Numbered from the stretch's first letter, positions 1 to 9,812 are shown. The stretch: 64,000 nt of DNA from Lachnospiraceae bacterium (GCA_017635395.1 JAGBLN010000034.1:9743-73742), one strand, 5' to 3'. The notes: generated from the letters alone by a model not told the origin. Translations and numbers: made by a program.

Positions 1-1
1 A

Positions 2-151
2 GAGACTCTTCATATAGAAAATGATTTCGTGGTCCGTTCCTTCAGGGATAAAAAGGATTTTCAGGATATAGAGATAAAAGAGGATGAGAACGGCTGGTCC
101 TATGCCGTGATAAACATCATAAAGGGGTTATATCCGGATGCAAAAAACTAA
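2..151 (+). CDS. 3' end of a gene entering from the left, probably a HAD-like paralogue of the next ORF
   Basis: Open frame 2-151 (ETLHIENDFVV...ENGWSYAVINII...KN*) resembles the C-terminus of the next protein (ISLHIDDEAIV...DDEWKEKII); partial. Confidence 0.6.
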   Translation, partial: ETLHIENDFVVRSFRDKKDFQDIEIKEDENGWSYAVINIIKGLYPDAKN

Positions 152-635
152 CAACAAAATGCGTGTCTCATTCGATCTTGACGAGGTGCTTTTTGTAAAT
201 CCGCTTACGCACAAGACCGAGCCGGAGCTGCGCTTTCCGCTTAATAAGATTTATAAGGAACGGCTGCGTCTCGGTACGCCGGAACTGATAAACACGCTTC
301 AGCAAATGGGATATGAAGTGTGGGTTTATACTTCGTCCTTTAGATCTGAGCAGTATATATCAAGACTTTTCAGCCGTTATCACATAAAGTTCGACGGTAT
401 AGTAAACGGCACCCGCCATTTAAAGGAAGTTCAGCGTGACAATAAAGATACCCTTCCCCAGAAACTACCTAGCAGATATAGGATCTCACTTCATATTGAT
501 GATGAAGCAATAGTATGTACACTTGGCAGACAGTTCGGTTATAATGTATATCAGTTAGAGGCTCAGGACGACGAATGGAAAGAAAAGATCATACGTCAGG
601 CTGAGATCATCAGGAAAAGAGAGTTTGGGGAATGA
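138..635 (+). CDS. HAD-superfamily hydrolase-like protein
   Basis: N-terminal FDLDEVL (DxD), VYTSS motif II, LHIDD motif IV; start may be ATG 159. Confidence 0.7.
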   Translation: MQKTNNKMRVSFDLDEVLFVNPLTHKTEPELRFPLNKIYKERLRLGTPELINTLQQMGYEVWVYTSSFRSEQYISRLFSRYHIKFDGIVNGTRHLKEVQRDNKDTLPQKLPSRYRISLHIDDEAIVCTLGRQFGYNVYQLEAQDDEWKEKIIRQAEIIRKREFGE

Positions 636-647
636 AAACGTAAGCTT

Positions 648-3600
648 ATGGCGGTAAGAAAACGGATCGCACTGCTGCTTGGGCAGGCAGAAGAATTCTA
701 TCAGTACCGTTTTATTGACGGATTCCTTCGGCAGACATTTGATGCTGATCTTGATGTCTGCATTTTTTCCATGTATTTAAAATATCAGGATACAGAGGCA
801 AGAGAAAAAGGGGATAAGCGTATTTATTCCCTTGTTAATTTTTCTCTTTTTGATGCGGTTGTTGTTTTGCCTGATACCATACAGACGCCGGGAATGGCTG
901 GGGAGATAGAGGACAGGATAAAGGCTGAGTTTGACGGGCCTGTGCTTTATGTGGATCTGGCCAGCAAGACCTTTCCTTATATACTGACGGACAGCTATAC
1001 CCCGGTAAAACAGCTGATAGAGCATCTTGTACAGGTGCATGGCTATAGGGATATTGCCTTCCTTACCGGTAAGAAGTGGCACGAGCATTCCAAGATAAGG
1101 CTTCAGGCATACAGGGATGTAATGACGGAGGCCGGGCTTACGGTACGGGAGGACAGGGTTTTTTACGGGGACTACTGGTATACGGGCGGAAAGAAGTGCG
1201 CCGAAAAGCTCCTTAAGAACAGGGACGACCTTCCGGAGGCTGTTGCCTGTGCAAATGACTTCATGGCAATAGGCTTGTGCGAGGAGCTGGCGGCGGCCGG
1301 TTTAAAGGTTCCGGAAGACATAGCGGTCATAGGTTTTGACACATCCGATGAGGGGCAGAGAAGCCCAAAGCCACTGACCAGCGCGTATATCCCGGCAAGG
1401 GCCACGGGGGCAAGGGCAGCTAGAAGCATACTGCGGCTGATGAAGGGCGGATCCGTAGATGAATCCAAGGATGAGACAGAGCTTTTCATAGGTACAAGCT
1501 GCGGCTGCGTGGATGACGGTAATATTTACAACAGCCTGAGGCGGGAATCCTGGACCACGGTTCTTTCTGAAGAAGGTTTCTATTCGCTTCATAACCATTT
1601 TGTCGAAGACATGATCGCCCAAAAGGATACCAGGGGGTTCTTAGATACAGTTTATTCCCATGTATATCAGTTGAAAGATATTGACAGTTTTCACCTGTGT
1701 ATTCCAAAGGACTGGGCAGATCCGTCCTTGACTGACGACGATACAATGACAGCTTCTTCATATCCGACGCAGATGGTCCGTGTACTTGCTTCATATCGGG
1801 GCAGCGGACGTGTGGATCGTGTCGGGCAGACAGAAAGCTTTTCGTCGCTGGAACTTCTTCCGGAGCTGTATGAGGAACATGACACTCCTTGTTCATATAT
1901 TTTTACACCACTTTATTTCGGAGCAAGAAATTTTGGATATGCGGTAATCAGTTACGGTAATCTTACACGCAGCTATGATGAGATATACAGATTATGGATA
2001 TTAGCATTCTGCAGCGGTTTGGAGAGCCTGCGACGGACACTTATTATGAAGGCAATCCGACGGTCCGGTGTGCTGGCAAAATTCCCTTCAGGTTTTACGG
2101 GAGATATTACCAGGGAAGATGAAGAGGCTATAGAATGCGTAAGCCGTATTCTGGATGATAATCTTTTTACATATCATTTCCAGCCTATCGTAAGCGCTGT
2201 GGACGGCAGCATCTATGCATTTGAGGCTCTGATGCGTGCGAACACGGAGAAAAAGATATCTCCGCTTGATATCATAAAATATGCCGATATGCTCCGCAGA
2301 CTGCATGATGTTGAAAAGGCTACTTTTATAAATGTGCTTGAGCATCTGCGGGAAAAAGAAGAAGATTTCGGTGACCGGCATGTTTTTATAAACAGCATTC
2401 CCGGAACCAAGCTTTCTGAAGAAGATGAAAAGAAGATAGAGGCTTTGCTGATAGCCTGCGGCGGACAGGCCGTGGTTGAACTCACTGAACAGGCTGAGCT
2501 TGATGACGAGGCTCTTTCGGCTATGAAAGCCAGATACTCTGATATGGGCATAGGAACTGCTGTTGACGATTATGGAACAGGTTACTCGAATGTTTCGAAC
2601 CTGCTCCGCTATATGCCGGACTATGTCAAGGTAGACCGGTCCCTTTTATCAGGAATCCAGGACAGTCCGTCCAAGCAGCATTTCGTAAGGGAGATTGTAA
2701 GCTTTTCACATGACAACGGAATAAAGGTGCTGGCCGAAGGCGTGGAAACTGCCGACGAGCTCCGTACGGTAATAGGATTGGGGTGCGACCTGATACAGGG
2801 ATACTATACAGGCAGGCCGTCACCGGAGATACTGCAGCAGATCAAACCGGAGATCATGGAAGAAATATGCAGGTATCAGAAGGAGCATCAGGAAGGTACA
2901 AACCGCAGGGGTTATAAGGCCGGAAGGGTAGGCAGGATTTCTGCCGGTTCCCTGGTGCGTGACGGTTATCAGAAGATAGTGACTACAGGTGAGGAGGTTT
3001 CCTTCAGGGATTATGTGCTGAGCGGAACCCCGGGGCAGAAGACCGAGCTTACGATAGAGGTACAGGAGGGCTATGACGGTCAGATCACCCTTGAAAATGT
3101 AAGCCTTGTGAGCCCGAAGCTTAAGCCCTGTATCGAAGTGGCGCCGGGGGCAAAGGTTGCGCTTATGCTCCGAGGTGAAAATAACCTCATCGGCGGAGGT
3201 ATCATGATTCCCGAAGGGGCGGAGCTTACGGTATTTGGCGATGGGGATCTGACGATCCGTATGAAACAGGGAACATATGCGGCTGTGGGCATGTCAAATG
3301 GAAAGGCCGGACGGATAGAGTTTTACCAGGACGGAACTATATTGATCGAGACAAGAGGGGCTCAGGGCGTGGCTATCGGCGGAAGTGACGGCGCCGATGT
3401 ACATATTTACCGTGGAAGATATGTGATCCAGCAAAACAGTGATCAGGCCGTCGCTATAGGAAGTCTGGATTCGGATGTGAAGCTCGATATAAATAAATGT
3501 GAAATGCACCTTGCCTTTTCCGGAAACTCCGGCGTGGGACTTGGCTCCCTTAACGGCAATGCTGATGTGGCGATCACGAAAACTTATTATAATTGTACCG

Positions 3601-3896
3601 CAGAAGGTGAAGAGTATGCGGTATGTGGCAGCTGTGGCGGCAGCAGGGCTAGGGTAAGCCTGAAAGACTTAAGTATGGATATGGATATAAATGCCACCTG
3701 TGCAACCGGAGCCGGAGCATTGAAGGGAAGCTCCGAGATCATCATGGATCTGGTTAGTTTCCGTTATACCGGAAAGGGAGCGCAGAACTATGCGTACGGC
3801 GGCATAACAGGTGAAGGCTCGTTTGAGTCTTCCGAGGAAAAGATAACGGCAAATATATCCAATGATGCGGGATGCATAACAATGATTTCAGATTAA
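648..3896 (+). CDS. EAL c-di-GMP phosphodiesterase with N-terminal LacI-type ligand-binding domain and C-terminal Gly-rich repeat region
   Basis: LacI-type motifs (IAFLTG, AVACANDFMAIG, VPEDIAVIGFD) without HTH; EAL motifs FEALMR, DDYGTGYS, KVDRS, EGVE, QGY. Confidence 0.85.
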   Translation: MAVRKRIALLLGQAEEFYQYRFIDGFLRQTFDADLDVCIFSMYLKYQDTEAREKGDKRIYSLVNFSLFDAVVVLPDTIQTPGMAGEIEDRIKAEFDGPVLYVDLASKTFPYILTDSYTPVKQLIEHLVQVHGYRDIAFLTGKKWHEHSKIRLQAYRDVMTEAGLTVREDRVFYGDYWYTGGKKCAEKLLKNRDDLPEAVACANDFMAIGLCEELAAAGLKVPEDIAVIGFDTSDEGQRSPKPLTSAYIPARATGARAARSILRLMKGGSVDESKDETELFIGTSCGCVDDGNIYNSLRRESWTTVLSEEGFYSLHNHFVEDMIAQKDTRGFLDTVYSHVYQLKDIDSFHLCIPKDWADPSLTDDDTMTASSYPTQMVRVLASYRGSGRVDRVGQTESFSSLELLPELYEEHDTPCSYIFTPLYFGARNFGYAVISYGNLTRSYDEIYRLWILAFCSGLESLRRTLIMKAIRRSGVLAKFPSGFTGDITREDEEAIECVSRILDDNLFTYHFQPIVSAVDGSIYAFEALMRANTEKKISPLDIIKYADMLRRLHDVEKATFINVLEHLREKEEDFGDRHVFINSIPGTKLSEEDEKKIEALLIACGGQAVVELTEQAELDDEALSAMKARYSDMGIGTAVDDYGTGYSNVSNLLRYMPDYVKVDRSLLSGIQDSPSKQHFVREIVSFSHDNGIKVLAEGVETADELRTVIGLGCDLIQGYYTGRPSPEILQQIKPEIMEEICRYQKEHQEGTNRRGYKAGRVGRISAGSLVRDGYQKIVTTGEEVSFRDYVLSGTPGQKTELTIEVQEGYDGQITLENVSLVSPKLKPCIEVAPGAKVALMLRGENNLIGGGIMIPEGAELTVFGDGDLTIRMKQGTYAAVGMSNGKAGRIEFYQDGTILIETRGAQGVAIGGSDGADVHIYRGRYVIQQNSDQAVAIGSLDSDVKLDINKCEMHLAFSGNSGVGLGSLNGNADVAITKTYYNCTAEGEEYAVCGSCGGSRARVSLKDLSMDMDINATCATGAGALKGSSEIIMDLVSFRYTGKGAQNYAYGGITGEGSFESSEEKITANISNDAGCITMISD

Positions 3897-4004
3897 ATGG
3901 TGAACATCAGAATATATGTATCGTTACTATTTTGTACGCCTGTGACAGCAAGTGCTTTAGGGTGTTCCGAATAGTTACAAATAAATAAAAGAAGGAGGGG
4001 AAAT

Positions 4005-4199
4005 ATGAAATTTGACGAATTGCTGGCAAAGGTACGAGGAATGGCAGAAAAGGTGGATGCAAGCGGCAAAGATTTTCTGGCTGTGCAGGTTAATATTACC
4101 GGTAAGGACAGTGGAGTTTTCAAAGGTATTAAAATGAGTAACGGGGCTTTCGTCACAATAACGAAAAGAATCAGAAAAAATTCGTTGTTTGGTCAATAG
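4005..4199 (+). pseudogene. Truncated SCP2 sterol-carrier-like gene
   Basis: Strong RBS AGGAGG; first ~39 aa (LAVQVNITGKDSGVF) resemble clostridial SCP2 proteins, then similarity is lost and the ORF stops at 64 aa. Confidence 0.55.
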
Positions 4200-4225
4200 A
4201 CTGTAAGCGCTTACATAATTATAAT
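4197..4225 (+). promoter_or_regulatory. Sigma-A promoter of msmK with LacI/CcpA (cre-like) operator in the spacer
   Basis: TAGACT-N17-TATAAT; perfect palindrome TGTAAGCGCTTACA at 4202-4215. Confidence 0.8.
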
Positions 4226-4292
4226 AGCTATTGTTGGGTGGGAATCATATAGAGATTCCGGGCAAATAACTTTAAATTTTAGGAGGTAAAAA

Positions 4293-5405
4293 ATGGCAAG
4301 TCTTTCATTAAAGAACATCTGCAAGGTTTATCCTAACGGATTTGAAGCTGTTAAGGATTTCAATCTTGAAATCGCTGATCAGGAGTTCATCATCTTCGTT
4401 GGTCCTTCCGGATGCGGTAAGTCAACAACACTTCGTATGATCGCAGGTCTTGAGGATATCTCATCTGGTGAGCTGCGTATCGGCGACAGACTGGTAAACG
4501 ATGTAGAGCCTAAGGATCGTGATATCGCAATGGTATTCCAGAACTATGCTCTGTATCCTCATATGACCGTTTATGATAACATGGCATTCGGTCTTAAGCT
4601 TCGTAAGGTTCCTTCAGACGAGATCGACAAGATGGTTAAGGAAGCAGCTAAGATCCTCGACCTTGTTCCTTATCTTGAGCGTAAGCCCAAGGCTCTCTCC
4701 GGTGGACAGAGACAGCGTGTTGCCATGGGTCGTGCTATTGTTCGTAATCCTAAGGTATTCCTTATGGACGAGCCTCTTTCAAACCTTGATGCTAAGCTTC
4801 GTGTGCAGATGAGAATAGAGATCGCTAAGCTTCATCAGCGTCTCGGTACCACCATCATCTACGTTACACACGATCAGACCGAGGCTATGACACTTGGTAC
4901 CAGAATCGTAGTTATGAAGGATGGTGTTATACAGCAGGTTGACACACCTCAGAACCTTTACGACAGACCTCAGAACCTGTTCGTAGCAGGCTTCATGGGA
5001 TCACCTCAGATGAACTTCCTTGATGCTGTAGTTGAGATCCAGGGTGAGACAGCTTACCTGAAGATCGCTAACAAGGCAGTTCCTCTTCCTCCCGCAAAGA
5101 GCCAGAAGCTCATTGAGGGCGGATATGACGGAAAGACCGTTACATTCGGTATCAGACCTGAGGACGTTTATGATTCAGAAATGATGGTTGAGGCTTCTCC
5201 TACCAGCGTATTCGAAGCAAGCATCCGTGTATACGAGCTTCTTGGTGCAGAAGTTTACCTGTATTTCGATCTTGACGAGTTCCCTATGACTGCAAGAGTA
5301 GATCCCAGGACAACAGCAAGACCTGGCGATGTTGTAAGATTCGCTTTCGATACAGAGAAGATCCATGTATTCGACAAGGAAACCGAGCACATCATCACCA
5401 ACTAA
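4293..5405 (+). CDS. msmK: Multiple-sugar ABC transporter ATPase (MsmK/MsmX/UgpC family)
   Basis: Walker A GPSGCGKST, LSGGQRQR signature, MDEPLSNLD, C-terminal TOBE region. Confidence 0.92.
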   Translation: MASLSLKNICKVYPNGFEAVKDFNLEIADQEFIIFVGPSGCGKSTTLRMIAGLEDISSGELRIGDRLVNDVEPKDRDIAMVFQNYALYPHMTVYDNMAFGLKLRKVPSDEIDKMVKEAAKILDLVPYLERKPKALSGGQRQRVAMGRAIVRNPKVFLMDEPLSNLDAKLRVQMRIEIAKLHQRLGTTIIYVTHDQTEAMTLGTRIVVMKDGVIQQVDTPQNLYDRPQNLFVAGFMGSPQMNFLDAVVEIQGETAYLKIANKAVPLPPAKSQKLIEGGYDGKTVTFGIRPEDVYDSEMMVEASPTSVFEASIRVYELLGAEVYLYFDLDEFPMTARVDPRTTARPGDVVRFAFDTEKIHVFDKETEHIITN

Positions 5406-5422
5406 TATTTACAGATTTTCAG

Positions 5423-5453
5423 ACCCGCAGGGCTTTGCCCCTGTGGGTTTTTT
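5423..5453 (+). terminator. Rho-independent terminator
   Basis: ACCCGCAGGG/CCCTGTGGGT stem followed by T-run. Confidence 0.8.
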
Positions 5454-5491
5454 ATTGCGTATTGTTCATAAATCCCTTATAATTTATCAGA

Positions 5492-6712
5492 ATGGGTGAA
5501 GTAGTGAAAAAAATAGCGGTCGTTGTACCCAGATATGGTCAGGAGGTAACGGGACCTGTTCCCAATTATGCCTATGAACTTGTACAGAAGCTTAAGGGGT
5601 TCTATTCTATTGATGTGCTCACAACGACAGCTTCCGATTATGAAACATGGTCAAATCACTTCCCGGAGGGAAAGAGCGAAGAAGAAGGAATAACCATCTG
5701 GCGTTTCAGGACCACCCAGAACAGGGATATCGAGGAGTTTGAAAAGCTTGACGCTATGCGTGAACGCCTGGGGGTACTTGGAGGATCACTGGATCAGAAG
5801 CGTATTTATGCCCAGGGACCTCTTACCAGAGGGCTGGCTGCTTATATAAAAGAGCATAAGGATGACTATGACCGTTTCATATTCATAACATTCCAGTACT
5901 TTACTACTGCCTATGCATATCATAATGTTTCCGACAAAGCCATCTTGATACCTCTTGTTTCACCTGAACTTGATGTGAAACAGATAAAGTACAAGGTTTA
6001 TAAGGATATATTTAAATCAGTTAAGGGAATAATTTTCAGGAATGAGAACGAGCAGCGATTTGTAAACAACAATATGAAGCAGGATGAGAAGAAGCAGGCT
6101 GTGGTTTCCGTGGGCATAGATGTACCGGATTTCCTGACTGATGCAATGAAGCGTCTGCAGGCTGTTGAAGAATTTAAGGCTAAATACGGAATCGAGGGTG
6201 ATTACATCATATACAGCGGAAGGATAAGCAATAAGCTGGGCTGTGATAAGATGTTTGATATCTACAGGAATTACCGCGGGGGGCGTGTAACCGCACCCAT
6301 AAGCCTGGTTGCAATAGGCAGGGCTGATAATGACATGGTACTTCCAAGGAATATCGGCGCCCATTATCCGGGGTTCCTGTCGGAAAGGGAGAAGCTTACG
6401 GCACTGGCGGGAGCAAAGTTCCAGTGGATCCCGGCATCTGTTTCTGTGAATCCGGATTATTGCCTTATGGGAATGGCACTTGGGGTGCCGCCTATAGCAA
6501 ACCGTGACTGCGAAAATATAAATGAGCAGATAAAACGCAGTGAAGCAGGCTATACATACAATAATGATGATGAATGCAGCAGGATCATAAAGGATCTGGA
6601 AGCCATCGGCGACGAGAACTATGCCAAGGTAAGAGTCAGGGCAAGATTCTATATTAAGAATAATTACAGCTGGGAAGCATCCCTGAAGAAGATGCAGGCT
6701 GTTATAGGATAG
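5492..6712 (+). CDS. Glycosyltransferase family 4 (GT-B)
   Basis: VVVPRYG N-terminus, YIIYSGRI, MALGVPPIA, YSWE; acidic catalytic motif looks degenerate. Confidence 0.7.
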   Translation: MGEVVKKIAVVVPRYGQEVTGPVPNYAYELVQKLKGFYSIDVLTTTASDYETWSNHFPEGKSEEEGITIWRFRTTQNRDIEEFEKLDAMRERLGVLGGSLDQKRIYAQGPLTRGLAAYIKEHKDDYDRFIFITFQYFTTAYAYHNVSDKAILIPLVSPELDVKQIKYKVYKDIFKSVKGIIFRNENEQRFVNNNMKQDEKKQAVVSVGIDVPDFLTDAMKRLQAVEEFKAKYGIEGDYIIYSGRISNKLGCDKMFDIYRNYRGGRVTAPISLVAIGRADNDMVLPRNIGAHYPGFLSEREKLTALAGAKFQWIPASVSVNPDYCLMGMALGVPPIANRDCENINEQIKRSEAGYTYNNDDECSRIIKDLEAIGDENYAKVRVRARFYIKNNYSWEASLKKMQAVIG

Positions 6713-6724
6713 ATAGAACAGACT

Positions 6725-7639
6725 ATGAATAAGCGCGATGCGGCAGAAAAGATAAAAGACCTTAATGAGCTGACAGGGGCAGGTCTTAAGGTTGAAAGCA
6801 TAAAGAATGACGAGATAACACTTCACGGGACTTTTCCGGCTGATGTTCTGGCAAGGATCATTGATGAGATAAAAGCCGCTGACAGCAGGGAAGGTTTCTT
6901 AAGGGCTGTTCTTGAAGGTCGTTTTTCTGAAGCAGAGATACAGGAAAGGGCTGAAAGATACGGCTTTTCTGCAGAAAAAAGGTATGCTGCGCTTATGATA
7001 GAGCAGTCAAAGGCGGGCGCATCGGCTACGCTTCTGAGTGAAATCTTCGCCGGAGACGGCGACAATCTGATAATGCCTATAAATGACCATTCGGCCATTT
7101 TCATAAAGGAACTCTCAGGAAAAAAAGAAAAAGACATGCTGAATAAAACGGCGGAATCCATAGTGAGTACTGTCAATACCGAGCTTATGGAAAAAGTAAG
7201 GGTTTCCTACGGCAGGTCCGTGACCGGAGTGGCTCAGATTCAGGAGTCATACCTTCAGGCAAAGCTTGCAATGGAGGTGGCCGGCATCTTTTATACCGAG
7301 CGCTATGTTATATCCTGTGATGAACTGGGAATCGGCAGGCTTATTGCAGAGCTTCCGGTATCCTTATGCGAGCTTTTCATGGATGAAATCTGCGGTGAAA
7401 AGAAGAAGTTTAGCCTTAGCGATGACGAGCTCAAGATGATAAACAGCTACTTTGACAGGAACTTAAGCCTTGCGGAGACTGCGAGGGATCTGTATATCCA
7501 CAGGAATACATTGACTTACCGTATAGAGAAACTTCAGAAAAAGACAGGCCTTGATATCAGGAACTTCGATGATGCCGTGACGCTTAAGATTGCGCTTATG
7601 GTGGACAGGTATCTGGAATATAAAACCGCAAACAGCTGA
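6725..7639 (+). CDS. PucR/CdaR-family transcriptional regulator
   Basis: C-terminal HTH NLSLAETARDLYIHRNTLTYRIEK. Confidence 0.88.
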   Translation: MNKRDAAEKIKDLNELTGAGLKVESIKNDEITLHGTFPADVLARIIDEIKAADSREGFLRAVLEGRFSEAEIQERAERYGFSAEKRYAALMIEQSKAGASATLLSEIFAGDGDNLIMPINDHSAIFIKELSGKKEKDMLNKTAESIVSTVNTELMEKVRVSYGRSVTGVAQIQESYLQAKLAMEVAGIFYTERYVISCDELGIGRLIAELPVSLCELFMDEICGEKKKFSLSDDELKMINSYFDRNLSLAETARDLYIHRNTLTYRIEKLQKKTGLDIRNFDDAVTLKIALMVDRYLEYKTANS

Positions 7640-7668
7640 TCGCAATCTTTTGTTGTGAATGCTATAGT

Positions 7669-8394
7669 CTAATCTATGCCGCGCAGTTCTGCGTTAGGAA
7701 CGTGATTTCTTACTGTTACGAGAATTTTGTTTAACTCGTCTTCAGAAAAACTTTCAAACTGTTGTGTATTCCCGTTAAGTTTATTTATTATCAGATCGCT
7801 GTCAGTATAGGACTGTAGGAAATAAGCCTTTGCGTTGCTTATCTGCATTGCCAGTTCTTCTGTCTGATTAATGTCGTGAAGTCCCTTTACAAGAGTGGTG
7901 CGAAACTCGTATTCTATGCCGCAGTTCATAATGAATTCAATGGATTCACTAGACTTGGCAAGGAGTTTTTCGGCCGTGCCTTCTGTTAATCCGCATACTT
8001 CGGCAAACTGTGCCGGGGCGGCCTTTATATCCATTGCTATCATATCGATAAGTGATTCTTCATACAGCTGCTTTAACACTTCAGGTCTGGTACCATTGGA
8101 ATCAAGTTTTACCAATAAACCCATATCTTTGATCTTTTTCAGAAATTCAGCCAGGTCTGGTTGGTTTGTGGGCTCACCGCCGCTTACGCAGACACCTTCA
8201 TATATGCCAGTCCGCTTACGGATACGTGCAAGTATGTCTTCCTCGCTGAATGATGTCTCGAATTTTTCCGGAAGGACCAGAGAACCATTCTGGCAGAAAG
8301 GGCAGCGAAAGTTGCACCCCTGTGTAAAGACGGTGCATGCGAGATGTCCCGGATAATCAAGTAATGTGGTTGACTGAAAACCGCCTATAAGCAT
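7669..8394 (-). CDS. nrdG: Anaerobic ribonucleotide reductase activating radical SAM protein (NrdG-like)
   Basis: LLDYPG, GCNFRCPFCQN (CxxxCxxC), SGGEPT, KLDSNG, EFRTT. Confidence 0.8.
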   Translation of the reverse strand: MLIGGFQSTTLLDYPGHLACTVFTQGCNFRCPFCQNGSLVLPEKFETSFSEEDILARIRKRTGIYEGVCVSGGEPTNQPDLAEFLKKIKDMGLLVKLDSNGTRPEVLKQLYEESLIDMIAMDIKAAPAQFAEVCGLTEGTAEKLLAKSSESIEFIMNCGIEYEFRTTLVKGLHDINQTEELAMQISNAKAYFLQSYTDSDLIINKLNGNTQQFESFSEDELNKILVTVRNHVPNAELRGID

Positions 8395-8536
8395 GGACGT
8401 GGCTCCTTAGTGTTAATATCTAGTACATTATAGCTTAAAATAGTGTTTTTTGCAGATTAGGTGTTTCTGTTATAAAATAAAACAGTACCGTAGATAGTTT
8501 TTTGAAGTTATTTCTTGAAAAGAAGAATAGTATAAA

Positions 8537-9085
8537 ATGACAAACACAACGACAAACATGTCAATCGAAGAGACAGATATAAAATACATGAAAGAAGCTA
8601 TCAGGCAAGCTAAAAAGGCTGCAGAGGCCGGGGAAGTGCCTATCGGCTGCGTGATAGTTTATAACGGTATAAGGGATAAGGGAGACAGGAAAAAATTTTC
8701 AGACAAGACTAAGACCGAGTTCATAGGAAAGGTGATCGGAAGAGGTTATAACCGGAGAAATACCGACAAGAGCACGCTTTCTCATGCTGAGATCACGGCC
8801 ATAAAAAAAGCAAGCAAAAAGCTTGATGACTGGCGTCTTGAGGGTGCGACAATGTATGTGACCCTGGAGCCCTGCCAGATGTGTGCTGGTGCCATTATGC
8901 AGGCAAGAATGGACAGAGTAGTGATTGGATGCATGAATCCAAAGGCAGGCTGTGCCGGATCCATTCTTAACATACTGGAGATGGACGGCTTCAATCATAA
9001 GGTGGAAGTTGCCAGGGGCGTATGCGAGGAAGCGTGCAGCAAAGTGTTGACGGATTTCTTCAAAGAAATGAGATCAAGAAAATAA
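8537..9085 (+). CDS. tadA: tRNA adenosine(34) deaminase
   Basis: EVPIGCV, HAEI, TLEPCQMCAGA; ~20-aa loop insertion. Confidence 0.88.
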   Translation: MTNTTTNMSIEETDIKYMKEAIRQAKKAAEAGEVPIGCVIVYNGIRDKGDRKKFSDKTKTEFIGKVIGRGYNRRNTDKSTLSHAEITAIKKASKKLDDWRLEGATMYVTLEPCQMCAGAIMQARMDRVVIGCMNPKAGCAGSILNILEMDGFNHKVEVARGVCEEACSKVLTDFFKEMRSRK

Positions 9086-9088
9086 GTT

Positions 9089-9796
9089 ATGGATAACCGT
9101 ATAGATATACTGTATGAGGATGAAAATATCATAGTCTGCCACAAGCGTCCCGGTATAGCTGTCCAGTCTGCGTCCATAGGCAGTCCGGATATGGTGACGG
9201 AGCTGAAAAAATATCTTGTTTCACAAAAAAACAAGAATAGTTCAGCACGTGCAGAGGAGCCGTATATTGCTGTGATCCACCGCCTTGACCAGCCGGTGGA
9301 AGGCATACTGGTTTTTGCCAAGGACAAGAAGTCGGCAGGAATATTATCAAAGCAGGCATCAGGCGAGGCCGCTGGTATGGAGAAAATATACAGGGCTGTG
9401 GTATACGGGCATATTAGGGAAAAGTCAGGAAAGCTTAGCGACTATCTGTTAAAGGATGGCAGGAGCAACAGTTCTTCTGTGGTTTCAAAGCCACAGGGCG
9501 GAAAGCTGGCGGAGCTTGAGTATGAAGTGAAGGAAGAAAATACGGTGGATGATGAATCCGACGGTAAGACAGAATGCGTAGACATAAAGCTGCTGACGGG
9601 AAGACACCATCAGATAAGAGTACAGCTTGCAAATGCAGGTGTTCCTATTGTTGGGGATCTTAAATACGGCAGTGAAGAATCAGTGAGTTATACAAAGGAA
9701 AACGGCATCAGGCAGCTGTGTTTGTGTGCGTACCACCTGACGTTCAGGCATCCTGCTGATGGCCGGAAAATGGAGTTTATTCTGGATGGGGCTTGA
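9089..9796 (+). CDS. RluA-family pseudouridine synthase
   Basis: HRLDQPVEG, TGRHHQIRVQL, GDLKYG. Confidence 0.9.
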   Translation: MDNRIDILYEDENIIVCHKRPGIAVQSASIGSPDMVTELKKYLVSQKNKNSSARAEEPYIAVIHRLDQPVEGILVFAKDKKSAGILSKQASGEAAGMEKIYRAVVYGHIREKSGKLSDYLLKDGRSNSSSVVSKPQGGKLAELEYEVKEENTVDDESDGKTECVDIKLLTGRHHQIRVQLANAGVPIVGDLKYGSEESVSYTKENGIRQLCLCAYHLTFRHPADGRKMEFILDGA

Positions 9797-9812
9797 TAAT
9801 AAAGAAAGGGAC

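Noticed and set aside
6017-6826. 269-aa antisense ORF, and similar ones such as 37569-38270 and 62873-63490
   Set aside because: Shadows of well-supported + strand genes, with no recognisable motifs
8411-8426. NrdR box upstream of nrdG (core AATATCTAGT)
   Set aside because: Single weak match with poor flanks in AT-rich DNA
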